From: Candidatus Hydrogenedentota bacterium
Lineage (GTDB): Bacteria > Hydrogenedentota > Hydrogenedentia > Hydrogenedentales > SLHB01
Direction of reading: 5' to 3'
Assembly (NCBI GenBank): GCA_963668025.2
Contig: CAXXTH010000023.1
Coordinates: 128,001 to 192,000, forward strand
DNA length: 64,000 bases
Under the pieces are notes generated by a model. It had not been told where the DNA came from and did no database searches. It was given only the letters and a program-made list of their open reading frames with translations. How positions within the stretch are numbered: position 1 is the first letter of the stretch; the number at the start of each line of letters is the position of its first letter. The translations under genes were made by a program, and so were the position numbers. This document shows positions 54,718 through 64,000 of this stretch, piece by piece.

Positions 54718-57033
54718 ATGGCGGCATCAAGCGCGGCGCATAACTCCCTAATCGGCCAGGTGCTCGGGGAATATGAGATTCAAGCTCTCATAGGCCGGGG
54801 AGCCATGGGGAGCGTGTATCTTGCGCGCGATTTAAGCCTCAACCGCAATGCCGCCCTAAAGGTCTTGCACGGGGATCTTGCGGATAATCCGGAAACGGTC
54901 CGGCAATTCCACCTTGAAGCCCAAGCTGCCGCACCGCTGCGCCATCCAAACATCGTGCGTATCTACTCGGCGGGCATCCAGGCCGGGCTTCCCTATATCG
55001 CCATGGAATACGTTGAGGGCGAGCCTCTCGACCGATTTTTACGCCGCCAAGGAAACATGCCCTGGCAGACGGCTCTCTACATTGGCCAGCAGGTGGCCGA
55101 GGCGCTTAATTGCGCCCATCGCCATGGGGTAATCCATCGGGATGTGAAACCCGCCAATATATTGCTCGACAGCCATGGCCAAGTGCGCCTCACCGATTTC
55201 GGCATCGCCAACGTCGCTTCCGTGGATCGGGCCGCGCCGCAGGCGGAAGACTTCGCCGGCACGCCCCATTACATGTCGCCCGAGCAATGCGCTGGACTCG
55301 ATGCCGGGCCTACATCGGATATATATTCACTCGGCGTGACGCTATATTATTTGATCGCAGGCCGCCTGCCTTTCGACAACGAATCCCAGGTCGCCTTGAT
55401 CAAAAGCATCACCAACGACGAACCGGTGCGGCTTAATAAGATTATTCCGGACATCCCAGACGATGTATCGCGCCTCGTGGCGCATCTGATGAGCAAGCGC
55501 CCGAATGAACGCCCGCCCAACGCACAATTTGTCGTCATGACCATCAAACGTATCCAGGAGGAACGCGGCGGGCGCTCCGCCATGCCCGAGGCGCTCCAGG
55601 TGTACATGCGAGAGCAGACCCGGATCCGCCAGATTCGCAGCCTGCTCAAAGAACATGATCTCACGGAAAAACCCATAGGTTCATTCAAACGGCCTCCATT
55701 GCCCCTACGGGCCGTATTGGCGCGCATTGTCTCGGCTGCGGCCATATTGCTGGTGTTCGCCTTAATCCCCGTGATCGTGGCTTCTTTATCCGGCAAACAC
55801 CAGCCGCCTCGGGAACCCCAAGTCATCGACATCGCCAATATGCGCGATCTAAGCGAAAAAATGTGCATCGTCGAGATCGCTACGACGGGCTTCATTTGTG
55901 AAAATATCCGCTGGATTGGAGGTTCTCAAACAGCCTTAGCCCAGTTTGTAGGTATTAAGGGGACATCCAACCACGATGCTTCGGGCATACTGGCGATCAA
56001 TCTCGATACCCGCCAGGTCACTAACATCTTGACCCCGGCAAGCCCTACGATTGACTCCAATTTCTGGGACGTCCGCGCCCCCCTCTTTGCCGCGCCCGCC
56101 TCCCCTATCTCCGCACCCAGCCAGCTTCTAGACGAGAGTCTGCTCATGCCCACGTATGGCGATACGCCCCGGCGCGGGGAGCGCTTTCTGCAAATCGCCG
56201 CACACCCATGGAATGAAACCAGGGAAACTGTGCTGTATGCCATTCCGTTGGCGGTGTGGAATCCCCATTTTGGTTCGCCCTGGGCAGCGCAGAGCAACGG
56301 ATATGCCATCCCCAAGCCCGATGGCCACACGTTCTGCATGGTTTTGAATGATCCCGTCCAGAATTCGAATTATCTGGTGGAACGCGACGTCTATGCTGAA
56401 GATCCGGCCGCATTGGGGTCTCCTATCACTTCAGGAGAAGCCCCGATCGTTCCAAGCAGCGTGTGCTACAGTCCCAGCGGCAGCCAGCTTGCCTATATAA
56501 GGATAGGGAGGATCGAGAACGAGCGGCAACTATGGGTATTATCGCTCACGCGCAATGAAAAAGACGGAAATCCTCTCATCGGATATGGAGTGTTAGGCAA
56601 CCATGTGGCTTTCAGCCCTGATGGGAGTTTGTTGGCCGCCCGGGTCGCACGCCAAACTCAGCTTCCCGAGTTGCAGCTTGTCAGTGCTACGAATGGCAAT
56701 GTTGCGGCACATCTCAACACGGGAGAATTTGGGGTACAGCCATGGCATACCTCGAATACATTTGTTGTCGCCACCGATGCCGGACAAATATGGGCTATCG
56801 GCCTCGAACGACCGCCCCTCGAACGACAGCATCGCCGTATTGCGTTGTCTCCGGAAAATCTTAAGGTATCGGGAGGCGCGGCTATATCTAGCGATGGGCG
56901 ATGGGTGGCTGCTATTTTAGAAGGGACAAGCATTCCTTCCATTTTATTCATACGGCTTGACCGCGTGACATTTGATGATTTAGCGGCAAGCCACGAAACC
57001 ATTTTACCTGCGGAGCCTGCGCCGCAAACATGA
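54718..57033 (+). CDS. Hanks-type Ser/Thr protein kinase with TM helix and TolB/WD40-like extracellular domain
   Basis: GRGAMGSVY, ALK, HRDVKPANIL, DFG, GTPHYMSPEQ and SDIYSLG; TM helix; SPSGSQLAY, FSPDGS and SSDGRW repeats. Confidence 0.93.
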   Translation: MAASSAAHNSLIGQVLGEYEIQALIGRGAMGSVYLARDLSLNRNAALKVLHGDLADNPETVRQFHLEAQAAAPLRHPNIVRIYSAGIQAGLPYIAMEYVEGEPLDRFLRRQGNMPWQTALYIGQQVAEALNCAHRHGVIHRDVKPANILLDSHGQVRLTDFGIANVASVDRAAPQAEDFAGTPHYMSPEQCAGLDAGPTSDIYSLGVTLYYLIAGRLPFDNESQVALIKSITNDEPVRLNKIIPDIPDDVSRLVAHLMSKRPNERPPNAQFVVMTIKRIQEERGGRSAMPEALQVYMREQTRIRQIRSLLKEHDLTEKPIGSFKRPPLPLRAVLARIVSAAAILLVFALIPVIVASLSGKHQPPREPQVIDIANMRDLSEKMCIVEIATTGFICENIRWIGGSQTALAQFVGIKGTSNHDASGILAINLDTRQVTNILTPASPTIDSNFWDVRAPLFAAPASPISAPSQLLDESLLMPTYGDTPRRGERFLQIAAHPWNETRETVLYAIPLAVWNPHFGSPWAAQSNGYAIPKPDGHTFCMVLNDPVQNSNYLVERDVYAEDPAALGSPITSGEAPIVPSSVCYSPSGSQLAYIRIGRIENERQLWVLSLTRNEKDGNPLIGYGVLGNHVAFSPDGSLLAARVARQTQLPELQLVSATNGNVAAHLNTGEFGVQPWHTSNTFVVATDAGQIWAIGLERPPLERQHRRIALSPENLKVSGGAAISSDGRWVAAILEGTSIPSILFIRLDRVTFDDLAASHETILPAEPAPQT

Positions 57034-57036
57034 TGA

Positions 57037-59316
57037 AGGGAAACGGTTATCAGCGGTAAGCCAGAGAACACGCCAATACCCGGACGCCGAATAAGCACAT
57101 ACGAACTCATCGAAGAGATCGGCCGCGGGGGAATGGGCATCATCTACAAAGCGCGCGATCTCAGCCTGGATCGGGTGGCCGCGCTTAAAGTGTTGCGCGA
57201 CGACCTGCGCGCCCAGCCGCAAATCGTGGCCCGGTTCCGGCGGGAAGCGCAAGCCGCCGCCCTCCTCAACCATCCAAACATCGTACAGATATATGCCGTG
57301 GGCACCGAAGGAGATGTCCCGTTCATCGCCATGGAATTCATCGACGGCTTGCCCCTCAGCTCCATTATGCAGCGCCACGGCCCGATGCCTTGGCAGCGCG
57401 CCTTCGGAATCGGCGAACAGGTGGCCCGGGCCTTGGCGTGCGCCCATGCCGCGCATGTCATCCATCGCGACATCAAACCGCCCAATATCCTCGTGGATCA
57501 GGATGAACAGGCCTTTGTCACCGATTTCGGCATTGCGAAAATTTTGACGGTTGAAGAGCAGCTCACGGTGGATGGCACCCGCCTCGGCACGCCGCAGTAT
57601 ATGTCGCCTGAACGATGCCGGGATGGCGAAGTGACCGCTGAAAGCGATATCTACTCGCTGGGCGTCTTGCTGTTCCAGATGATCTCGGGCAGGCTGCCAT
57701 TCGAGGCCTCCTCCTCCGTGGAACTCGTCCGGAAAATTCTATCGGCCCAGCCTACCCGCCTGCGGGAATACGCCCCCCTTGTGCCGGAAAACGTAGAACG
57801 CCTCGTGGCGTATCTAGTCGAGAAAAAACCTGAAAACCGCCCTCACAGCGCCGATGATGTCTGTAAAGCCATTGAACTGGTGCGGGCGGGCCGTTCTCTT
57901 GATGATGAACACACTTCCATGGCCTCCGCGCTCGAGGATTTTCGCCGGACAGGGCCGCCAAAGCCTTCATGGGTCCGCGATGAACCCACCACCATTTTTT
58001 TGCCATCGAGCGCCCTGGCCCGATTCACCCTGCGGTGGTTTGGCACGCCATTTCCCGGCCGCATCATCACCGCCGCATTACTAATTGTCGCCATCGGCAT
58101 TGGGCTCGGATTCGCCATCGCCCCCTTTTTCGAGCCGGATCCTGCCGTGGTGGCCATGAATATTATAAACGCGGATATGAAGCGATGGGAGCATTCGGCG
58201 GAACTGGCCAGTTTTTTGGACGCCGCTCCTGGAATACAGGAAACCCGCCTCCACCTCAAGGATTTCGCCCTTGCATCCGGGATATGGTCCGGCTCCCGCT
58301 TTTATGCATTGTTTAATGGCGTTCCATTGAGCGCCAGGGCTCAGCAAACTTGTATCGCCACCATTCATGTGGAAGCACGCTATGCCTCGATTGTGATTCC
58401 GCCTTTACCCCCAGCGCCTTTTGACGCAACAGAACAAAGCTTGATGCTCTTGTCCGCATATCGTATTCCGCCCATACCCTCCGAATCGGCTGAACCAGAA
58501 GCAGAGGTGATCATCCGATATATGGATCTTTTCGGACAAGATAGAAGAGGGCGCATTTTCTTATGCGGAACCGCCGCGAGCTCTGAAGAACCCGATTCCT
58601 TATTTGCCAGGGGGCCACACGATCCCATAGGCGCACTGCCGGAAGGCTTGAACGCCAGGCGCATTCGTGTGCTCGATCAGCGCCCTGGCTCGACGGAATA
58701 TATTGCCGCGATACGGAATGAACAAGATACAAGCTGCTATCTGGCCGCTTTGTCCCGCCAGCCCGATGGCGCTTGGCGGGCTGACACGCTGACGGATGAC
58801 GGCCCCCCCATTACCGCCGTGTATTATGCGCCAAATGGGGCAAGTTTCGTTTTTATGAGGGATTTGGGCGCTTCCCGCCAAATATGGGTAGCCCCGCGAG
58901 GCGTGGGCCCGCAGCCCGCGTTCATGGCCGCGGAGGGCAAGCTCTCGATGGGCCGTAGCGCATTTTCTCCGGATAGCAGCCGCTTGGCCTACTCGATGGA
59001 ACAGCAAGATGGCTCATCCACGTTATTCATTGCACCAATTGCTGGCGGCCCTTCCGAATCCGCCGGTGAAGGGGCCACGCCTTGCTGGCATCCTTCCGGC
59101 GCTTACTTGGCCGCCCTTAGCGCAACTAACGGAGGCATACGCCAGCTTGTAGCGATAGGCGCCGTCGCGCCATATTCCCGGCGCGTTATAACACAAACGG
59201 CTTCAAGCCTGCTCCCCTGGTGCTCCATATCGCCAGATGGCCAATGGCTCGCCACCGCGCCCATGAACGCTTCTGAAGCCACAGTATACTTCATCCGACT
59301 GGCCCCAAGGATTTAA
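57037..59316 (+). CDS. Second Hanks-type Ser/Thr kinase (start anomalous) with TM helix and TolB-like domain
   Basis: Frame open from 57037: YELIEEIGRGGMGIIY, HRDIKPPNIL, DFG and GTPQYMSPE; the first in-frame ATG (57133) lies inside the Gly-rich loop. Confidence 0.88.
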   Translation, partial: RETVISGKPENTPIPGRRISTYELIEEIGRGGMGIIYKARDLSLDRVAALKVLRDDLRAQPQIVARFRREAQAAALLNHPNIVQIYAVGTEGDVPFIAMEFIDGLPLSSIMQRHGPMPWQRAFGIGEQVARALACAHAAHVIHRDIKPPNILVDQDEQAFVTDFGIAKILTVEEQLTVDGTRLGTPQYMSPERCRDGEVTAESDIYSLGVLLFQMISGRLPFEASSSVELVRKILSAQPTRLREYAPLVPENVERLVAYLVEKKPENRPHSADDVCKAIELVRAGRSLDDEHTSMASALEDFRRTGPPKPSWVRDEPTTIFLPSSALARFTLRWFGTPFPGRIITAALLIVAIGIGLGFAIAPFFEPDPAVVAMNIINADMKRWEHSAELASFLDAAPGIQETRLHLKDFALASGIWSGSRFYALFNGVPLSARAQQTCIATIHVEARYASIVIPPLPPAPFDATEQSLMLLSAYRIPPIPSESAEPEAEVIIRYMDLFGQDRRGRIFLCGTAASSEEPDSLFARGPHDPIGALPEGLNARRIRVLDQRPGSTEYIAAIRNEQDTSCYLAALSRQPDGAWRADTLTDDGPPITAVYYAPNGASFVFMRDLGASRQIWVAPRGVGPQPAFMAAEGKLSMGRSAFSPDSSRLAYSMEQQDGSSTLFIAPIAGGPSESAGEGATPCWHPSGAYLAALSATNGGIRQLVAIGAVAPYSRRVITQTASSLLPWCSISPDGQWLATAPMNASEATVYFIRLAPRI

Positions 59317-59460
59317 GGCCCTTTTCAGCGGACGCGCTTCCCCGGCCTATATTCCGCCCACATTCAAAAATTGTGTGGCAACGGGGAAGCGTCATATGGC
59401 GTGCGCCTTAACGCGTCCATGGTGTATCATTCCGCTAAGCATGAGGAGGAGATGAATACG

Positions 59461-60417
59461 ATGCGGACCATTACAACTGGCATGCGGGTGCTGGGCGCTT
59501 GGCTCCTGCTATACAGCGTGGCGCTTGCCCAAGACCAAGCGCTGCCCGGCGAGATTGCGCCTCTGGCGCAGCTTATGACACATGAAGATCAAGCCATCGA
59601 AGTCCTCCGCCGTTTTGACCGGGCGCAGAATGCGCTGGGCGATTGGGATTTTGAATTGGCCCGCCAGCTTGGCAATGCCGGGGATACGGCTGCGGCGCAA
59701 ACAAAGCTCGATGACGCCAGGCGCCGTTTCGACTTGGTGCGCAAGGCGTATGAAACATTTCTCCAAACATATCCAAACAACGCGCGCGCCCTTACTTATT
59801 TTGGCGAATTATTATATGACCGATATCAGGAATACCCACAGGCCATCCAGAATTGGAAGCTGGCCACGCAGCTTGATGCGACACTGGGCATGCCCTGTAA
59901 TGACTTAGGCATCCATTATTGCCACGAAGGCGACTACGACCAGGGATTCAGTTACTTCGAAAAAGCGCTCGAACTCGAGCCCAATAATCCCGATTATTTA
60001 TTTAATGTCGCTCAGATTTATCTGACCAACCGGCCCCAGGCCATGGAACGGTATAAATGGAATGAGAAACGGCTGTTCAAAGAAGCCATGAAACTCTCGA
60101 AACGGGCCACCGAATTAGCTCCCAATGATTTTTCGCTTGCACAAGATTACGCCGTAAATTTCTTCGCGGCAGAATCGCTCGGAATCAGCGCCAACTGGAA
60201 TGAAGCGATCAAAGCATGGGAACATGCGCGAGCGCTTACGACGAATCCCGATCAAATCTACTATGCGTGGCTCAATGAAGGCCGGGCCGCCATCAAGGCG
60301 AATAAAGCCAGCCATGCCTCCGCATGCCTCGAAGAGGCCATCCGCATGAATCCCAACAGCACGGCGGCGCGGGGGCTTCTGGAAGAAGTCAAGCACGCGC
60401 AACAAGCCGGGCTCTAG
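59461..60417 (+). CDS. Secreted tetratricopeptide-repeat protein
   Basis: GAGGAGG RBS, signal peptide ending ALA-Q, TPR motifs such as YFEKALELEPNNPDYLFN. Confidence 0.85.
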   Translation: MRTITTGMRVLGAWLLLYSVALAQDQALPGEIAPLAQLMTHEDQAIEVLRRFDRAQNALGDWDFELARQLGNAGDTAAAQTKLDDARRRFDLVRKAYETFLQTYPNNARALTYFGELLYDRYQEYPQAIQNWKLATQLDATLGMPCNDLGIHYCHEGDYDQGFSYFEKALELEPNNPDYLFNVAQIYLTNRPQAMERYKWNEKRLFKEAMKLSKRATELAPNDFSLAQDYAVNFFAAESLGISANWNEAIKAWEHARALTTNPDQIYYAWLNEGRAAIKANKASHASACLEEAIRMNPNSTAARGLLEEVKHAQQAGL

Positions 60418-60422
60418 CAGCC

Positions 60423-61451
60423 ATGGTCGTGGGGGAACGGTGCGGAGAGGGCAAAACGCCGCGTGCCAAACATGGCCTGTTTCTCCTCGTGGGCCTTCTG
60501 GTGCTCGTGGCGGCCAGCGCTGAGTTCGCGGTACGGGCGCGCCTCTTTTTTTTCGATCCCCACCGCTGGGATGAATATGGCCTGTTCCGGTATCGCTCGA
60601 GTGCGCAGGTAGGCGATTTGCCCGCCATCAAGACCAACAGCGACGGTTTTTTCGGCGTGGACTTGTCCAAGCCCAAGGCTTCCAGCACCTACCGCGTGTT
60701 TCTTCTGGGGAGTTCCCCGCTCACCAATCCCGCCGTGCCTCAAGCCATGCAAGATGCCTTGTCCGAGCGATTCCCCAACATGCATTTTGAAGTGAACAGC
60801 GCCGGCATACCCCGGTATACCTCATACCACAACAAACTGCTGTATGAACATTATGTTTCCACACTCGAACCGGACTGCTTCATCCTATATCTCGGCATGA
60901 ATGACAATGTATACAACACCAATCCCTCCCTTGACGGGCCTACGCCCACGGGACTTTGGAACTGGGCCGACACGCAACGGAGCATCGTTTTCGACATGTT
61001 GTGGTACCACGCCGTGCAAAAACGTTTCGGGGTGAATCCGGCTTTCTCAATCGTCCGTAGCGGCGAAATGCTCGAAAAAAACATCCGCCCCATCCTGGAA
61101 TCCGCTCGAAACCGAGGCGTCCAGGCCATTCTGGTGCGTGAGGCGTTAAGTTATCCGACCGATGATGAAGAGCTGCTGCGCGTGATTCGCGCCAACGAAG
61201 GGCCAATGCGCCATTATTGGGGCGATTTGGATGCCGCGCTGCGTGGATTCGCGGCCAATGGAGCCGCCATCGAGCGCCTGGCTTCCACATGCCAGTCACC
61301 CATGGCCGATGCCAGCGCCATCTTGCCGCACACCAAAGCCTGCTTCATTGATCTTTGCCATCTTACCCCCGAAGGCAACAAGGCGCTTGGCCGTTTCTTC
61401 GCGTCATTAGCGGGAGACGCCATTGAAAACCGGAACAAATCAGACGGCTGA
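60423..61451 (+). CDS. Membrane-anchored SGNH/GDSL hydrolase-like protein
   Basis: N-terminal TM; TNSDGF.G, RVFLLGSS, NSAG, YLGMND and DLCHLTPEGN motifs. Confidence 0.82.
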   Translation: MVVGERCGEGKTPRAKHGLFLLVGLLVLVAASAEFAVRARLFFFDPHRWDEYGLFRYRSSAQVGDLPAIKTNSDGFFGVDLSKPKASSTYRVFLLGSSPLTNPAVPQAMQDALSERFPNMHFEVNSAGIPRYTSYHNKLLYEHYVSTLEPDCFILYLGMNDNVYNTNPSLDGPTPTGLWNWADTQRSIVFDMLWYHAVQKRFGVNPAFSIVRSGEMLEKNIRPILESARNRGVQAILVREALSYPTDDEELLRVIRANEGPMRHYWGDLDAALRGFAANGAAIERLASTCQSPMADASAILPHTKACFIDLCHLTPEGNKALGRFFASLAGDAIENRNKSDG

Positions 61452-61497
61452 AGCCGTGTGCAATGGGCTGCAATAACAGATATTCTGTATAATCGAA

Positions 61498-61526
61498 CGT
61501 GGCATGGCCATTCCGGCCATGCCACG
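61498..61526. repeat. REP-family hairpin
   Basis: CGTGGCATGGCC-ATTCC-GGCCATGCCACG; same family as 4132, 34329 and 47833. Confidence 0.75.
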
Positions 61527-61568
61527 GATAGTAACAACCAGGCGCTTGCGCGCCATAGGAAGCTTTGC

Positions 61569-62228
61569 ATGACGGAATGGGAATATCGGGAAGCAATTTG
61601 TGAAGCAGGCCGCCGCATGTATGCGAAAAATCTTGCGGTGGCGACCGATGGCAATATCAGTGTGCGGCTCGGGCCAGACCGCTTCCTTTGTACGCCTAGC
61701 GGCGTATCGAAGGGCTATATGAAGCCCGGCGATCTCCTGCTCGCCGATGGAGATGGATGCAAGATCGAGGGCGAAAATAAAGTAACCAGTGAGTTTTACA
61801 CCCATCTGGCCGCATATCGGGAACGCCCCGACATACAAGCCGTCGTCCACGCCCATCCGCCTAAAACCATCGCGTTGAACATCGCCGGGATTCCCATGAC
61901 GGAGTATATTCTGCCCGAAGTCGTCTATACCCTGGGCAGCATCCCCACTTCCGAATACGCTACGCCCGGCACCTCCGAAGGGGCCGAAGTCATCCGGGAA
62001 CTCATCCGCGAATGCGATGCCGTCATCCTCGACCGGCACGGCGCGATTACCGTGGGACAGGATGTGTTCGACGCATTATATCGAATGGAGAAAATCGAGA
62101 CCGCCGCGGAAACGCTTTATATCGCGCATTTGCTCGGTAACATCCGCCAGCTTGACCCCGGGCAAATCGAGAAGCTCCACGCCCTCCGCGTGGCGTACAA
62201 TCCGCTTGCCCGCGCATATAGCCGGTAA
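61569..62228 (+). CDS. Class II aldolase/adducin family protein
   Basis: DGNISVR, TPSGVSK, TSE...H...Y..RPDI.AVVHAHP and L.RHG motifs. Confidence 0.93.
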   Translation: MTEWEYREAICEAGRRMYAKNLAVATDGNISVRLGPDRFLCTPSGVSKGYMKPGDLLLADGDGCKIEGENKVTSEFYTHLAAYRERPDIQAVVHAHPPKTIALNIAGIPMTEYILPEVVYTLGSIPTSEYATPGTSEGAEVIRELIRECDAVILDRHGAITVGQDVFDALYRMEKIETAAETLYIAHLLGNIRQLDPGQIEKLHALRVAYNPLARAYSR

Positions 62229-62251
62229 TGAAGCGAGGGAAGGCGGTGCGG

Positions 62252-63307
62252 CTATTTTTGTGAATAGACCTCGCCAGTCGCGGGCGCATACTGCCAGACG
62301 CGGCCGGGATAAGGATGGGGCGGGATGCCGCCAAGCGCGCCGGTTTGCACTAACTCCTCCAGGCTCTCGGGCCAGCGCTGTTGCGCGTCACGGAACCGGT
62401 TCACGGCATTCTGGAGATACCGTTGAACCTGTTCGGCCTTGTCATCCAGCAAGGTGCTGCTCTGCACTTGGCCCGTTTGATCGATAAAGAAATGCCCTCC
62501 GAGGGGATCCGGCGGTTCGCTCTGGATGAGTCCCGCGTTGCGCAGCTCATCTAGTGACTGCGGCGCACGCCCATGCTGCTGGGCATATCGCGCCGCAACG
62601 CCATTCAGGGCGTCGCAAAGCTGTTGCAACCCGAGCAATTGCAGATTGCGCGCCGCCAATTCACGCATCATGGAATTGCTGCTGGTTTGATAGAGCTGCT
62701 CCCAAATGCGCTGGCCCACATCCGAGATGCCGTTCTTGGACTGTATCGCATAGGCCCAGTTGGCGAGATAATTCGCCTGTGCGGCGGGTGCGAGGCCAGC
62801 GGCCATCGTCAGAAAATACGACGCGGAGGCGGCAGCCCCTTCCTCCGCGCGCCGGTTCATGACATAGATTTTAGCGATCTCGAAGGGAATCTCGTACCGG
62901 TCAGGCCGCTTCACGCAACCGCGTTCGAGAAGGTCCAGCGCCTTGCCATCCGCGCCTATGGCCGCCAGCAACGTCCCGCCGAATTGGTACGCCCCAGTGA
63001 AGTAGGGGTCCAACCGCACCACCGTGTTCGCAATATGATCGAGCCACGTGAATTTCCGTTCCTGGCTGTGAAATTCCCGAGAGGTATATTGGATGCATTC
63101 CAGCCACAGCATATCGGCCACGATGCTGCTCATGCCCGCCGTGAAATGGTTGAGCAGCTTGTCATTGGGAAGATACAGCAGTTCTTCATCTGAAGCGCGG
63201 GAGCGCCCGGTGTCAATCCGCTGCTGGAAAACAGCCGCACTCGACAGCCCTACTATCAGCGCCAGCGGGGCGATAATGAACCAGCGATGGCGGGCGGTCA
63301 TGCCCAT
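62252..63307 (-). CDS. Membrane-anchored hypothetical protein (TPR-like, with P.SL.EL...G repeats)
   Basis: N-terminal TM; ADMLWL..IQY and LDPYF..AY.FGG; two PQSLDEL/PESLEEL..G.....P.DP/HP motifs; follows an ABC permease. Confidence 0.7.
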   Translation of the reverse strand: MGMTARHRWFIIAPLALIVGLSSAAVFQQRIDTGRSRASDEELLYLPNDKLLNHFTAGMSSIVADMLWLECIQYTSREFHSQERKFTWLDHIANTVVRLDPYFTGAYQFGGTLLAAIGADGKALDLLERGCVKRPDRYEIPFEIAKIYVMNRRAEEGAAASASYFLTMAAGLAPAAQANYLANWAYAIQSKNGISDVGQRIWEQLYQTSSNSMMRELAARNLQLLGLQQLCDALNGVAARYAQQHGRAPQSLDELRNAGLIQSEPPDPLGGHFFIDQTGQVQSSTLLDDKAEQVQRYLQNAVNRFRDAQQRWPESLEELVQTGALGGIPPHPYPGRVWQYAPATGEVYSQK

Positions 63308-63323
63308 GCCTCAGCCCTCCGCC

Positions 63324-64000
63324 TCATAGGTCCTTATCCTCGAAGACCAGCGCGGCGAACGCCAGCGCCAAGGCGGTATATACCGCGCCATAGGCCATGG
63401 CCCAGCCCACATAGCTCATGGCCACGGGCACGCCATTGGCCGCTTCGGCGCGGATATTGAAATTGGATAAGTTAGGGACGATGTAGTACGCCGCCTTGAG
63501 GAGCCATTCGCCTGCCGTTCCTTTGAGTTGTTCAGGCAAATCGAGGAGGATATTGGTGGCGTGCCCCACAATATAGAGCGAAAATACGATTAACGCACCA
63601 AGCACCGGAGACGACAAGCTGGACATGAGCACGGCCACGGCGGTCACCAGCATCAGCTCCCAATAGCTGAGCAGCGCCGCCAGTAAAAACACCGTGTCCA
63701 CCGTGCCGCCCAAGAGCCAAATATACGCGGCGGACACGGCCAGCATAATAGCGGATACGACGGCCAGCAGCGCCATGAGGCCTGCGTATTTCCCGAGCAC
63801 GAATTCATAGCGATGTATCGGGCGGCTGATAATGGTATACAGCGTGCGCTTGTCGATTTCCTTATAGACCAGGCTCGTGCCCACGAAAATGGCGATGAGC
63901 GTTCCAAATACGGATATTGCGGCGAGGCAGATGTCCTTGACGATTTTGATGTCTTGCCCGACGCTCACCCAGCCCAAAGCCTTCGAGCCTAGAATCGCCG
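63324..64000 (-). CDS. ABC-2 type transporter permease (5' end beyond the window)
   Basis: LVYKEIDKRTLYTIISRPI.R.EFVLGKY.G motif, multiple TM helices and C-terminal FEDKDL. Confidence 0.88.
   Translation of the reverse strand, partial: AILGSKALGWVSVGQDIKIVKDICLAAISVFGTLIAIFVGTSLVYKEIDKRTLYTIISRPIHRYEFVLGKYAGLMALLAVVSAIMLAVSAAYIWLLGGTVDTVFLLAALLSYWELMLVTAVAVLMSSLSSPVLGALIVFSLYIVGHATNILLDLPEQLKGTAGEWLLKAAYYIVPNLSNFNIRAEAANGVPVAMSYVGWAMAYGAVYTALALAFAALVFEDKDL

Noticed and set aside
57038-57044. G-GGA-AAC as a -1 slippery site producing kinase 2
   Set aside because: From ATG 57030 the kinase frame needs a +1 shift, not -1.

Overview
Bacterial chromosomal window, GC-rich in coding regions with AT-rich intergenic stretches. 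The gene content (large secreted beta-helix and Ig-like proteins, an H-X9-DG remnant, Ser/Thr kinases, many carbohydrate enzymes) resembles Candidatus Hydrogenedentes or a PVC-like lineage; this is inference only. Housekeeping genes include pgl, purE, alaS-ruvX-mltG, mgtE, cmk-recJ, rfbC/rfbD and mtnA. Mobile DNA includes a three-element IS cluster at 27.07-31.72 kb (IS1380-family, a truncated HTH plus IS701-like element, and a DUF6788 plus DDE element) and a complete class IIC-type group II intron at 47868-49761 inserted directly behind a REP-like hairpin. The best candidate for an undescribed system is a GxxExxY (PD-(D/E)XK-type) nuclease gene inside the alaS-ruvX operon, flanked by two ~155-165 bp direct repeats that are each palindromic and built from 9-bp periodic units. 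At least seven gene-less elements with the same 8-10 bp periodic arm architecture are scattered through the intergenic regions, some sharing a TCCGG(A) boundary and an exact 20-bp leader. This suggests an autonomous nuclease cassette plus non-autonomous repeats, analogous to RAYT/REPIN. No tRNA, rRNA or CRISPR array was seen. All family assignments are by motif recognition, not database search.
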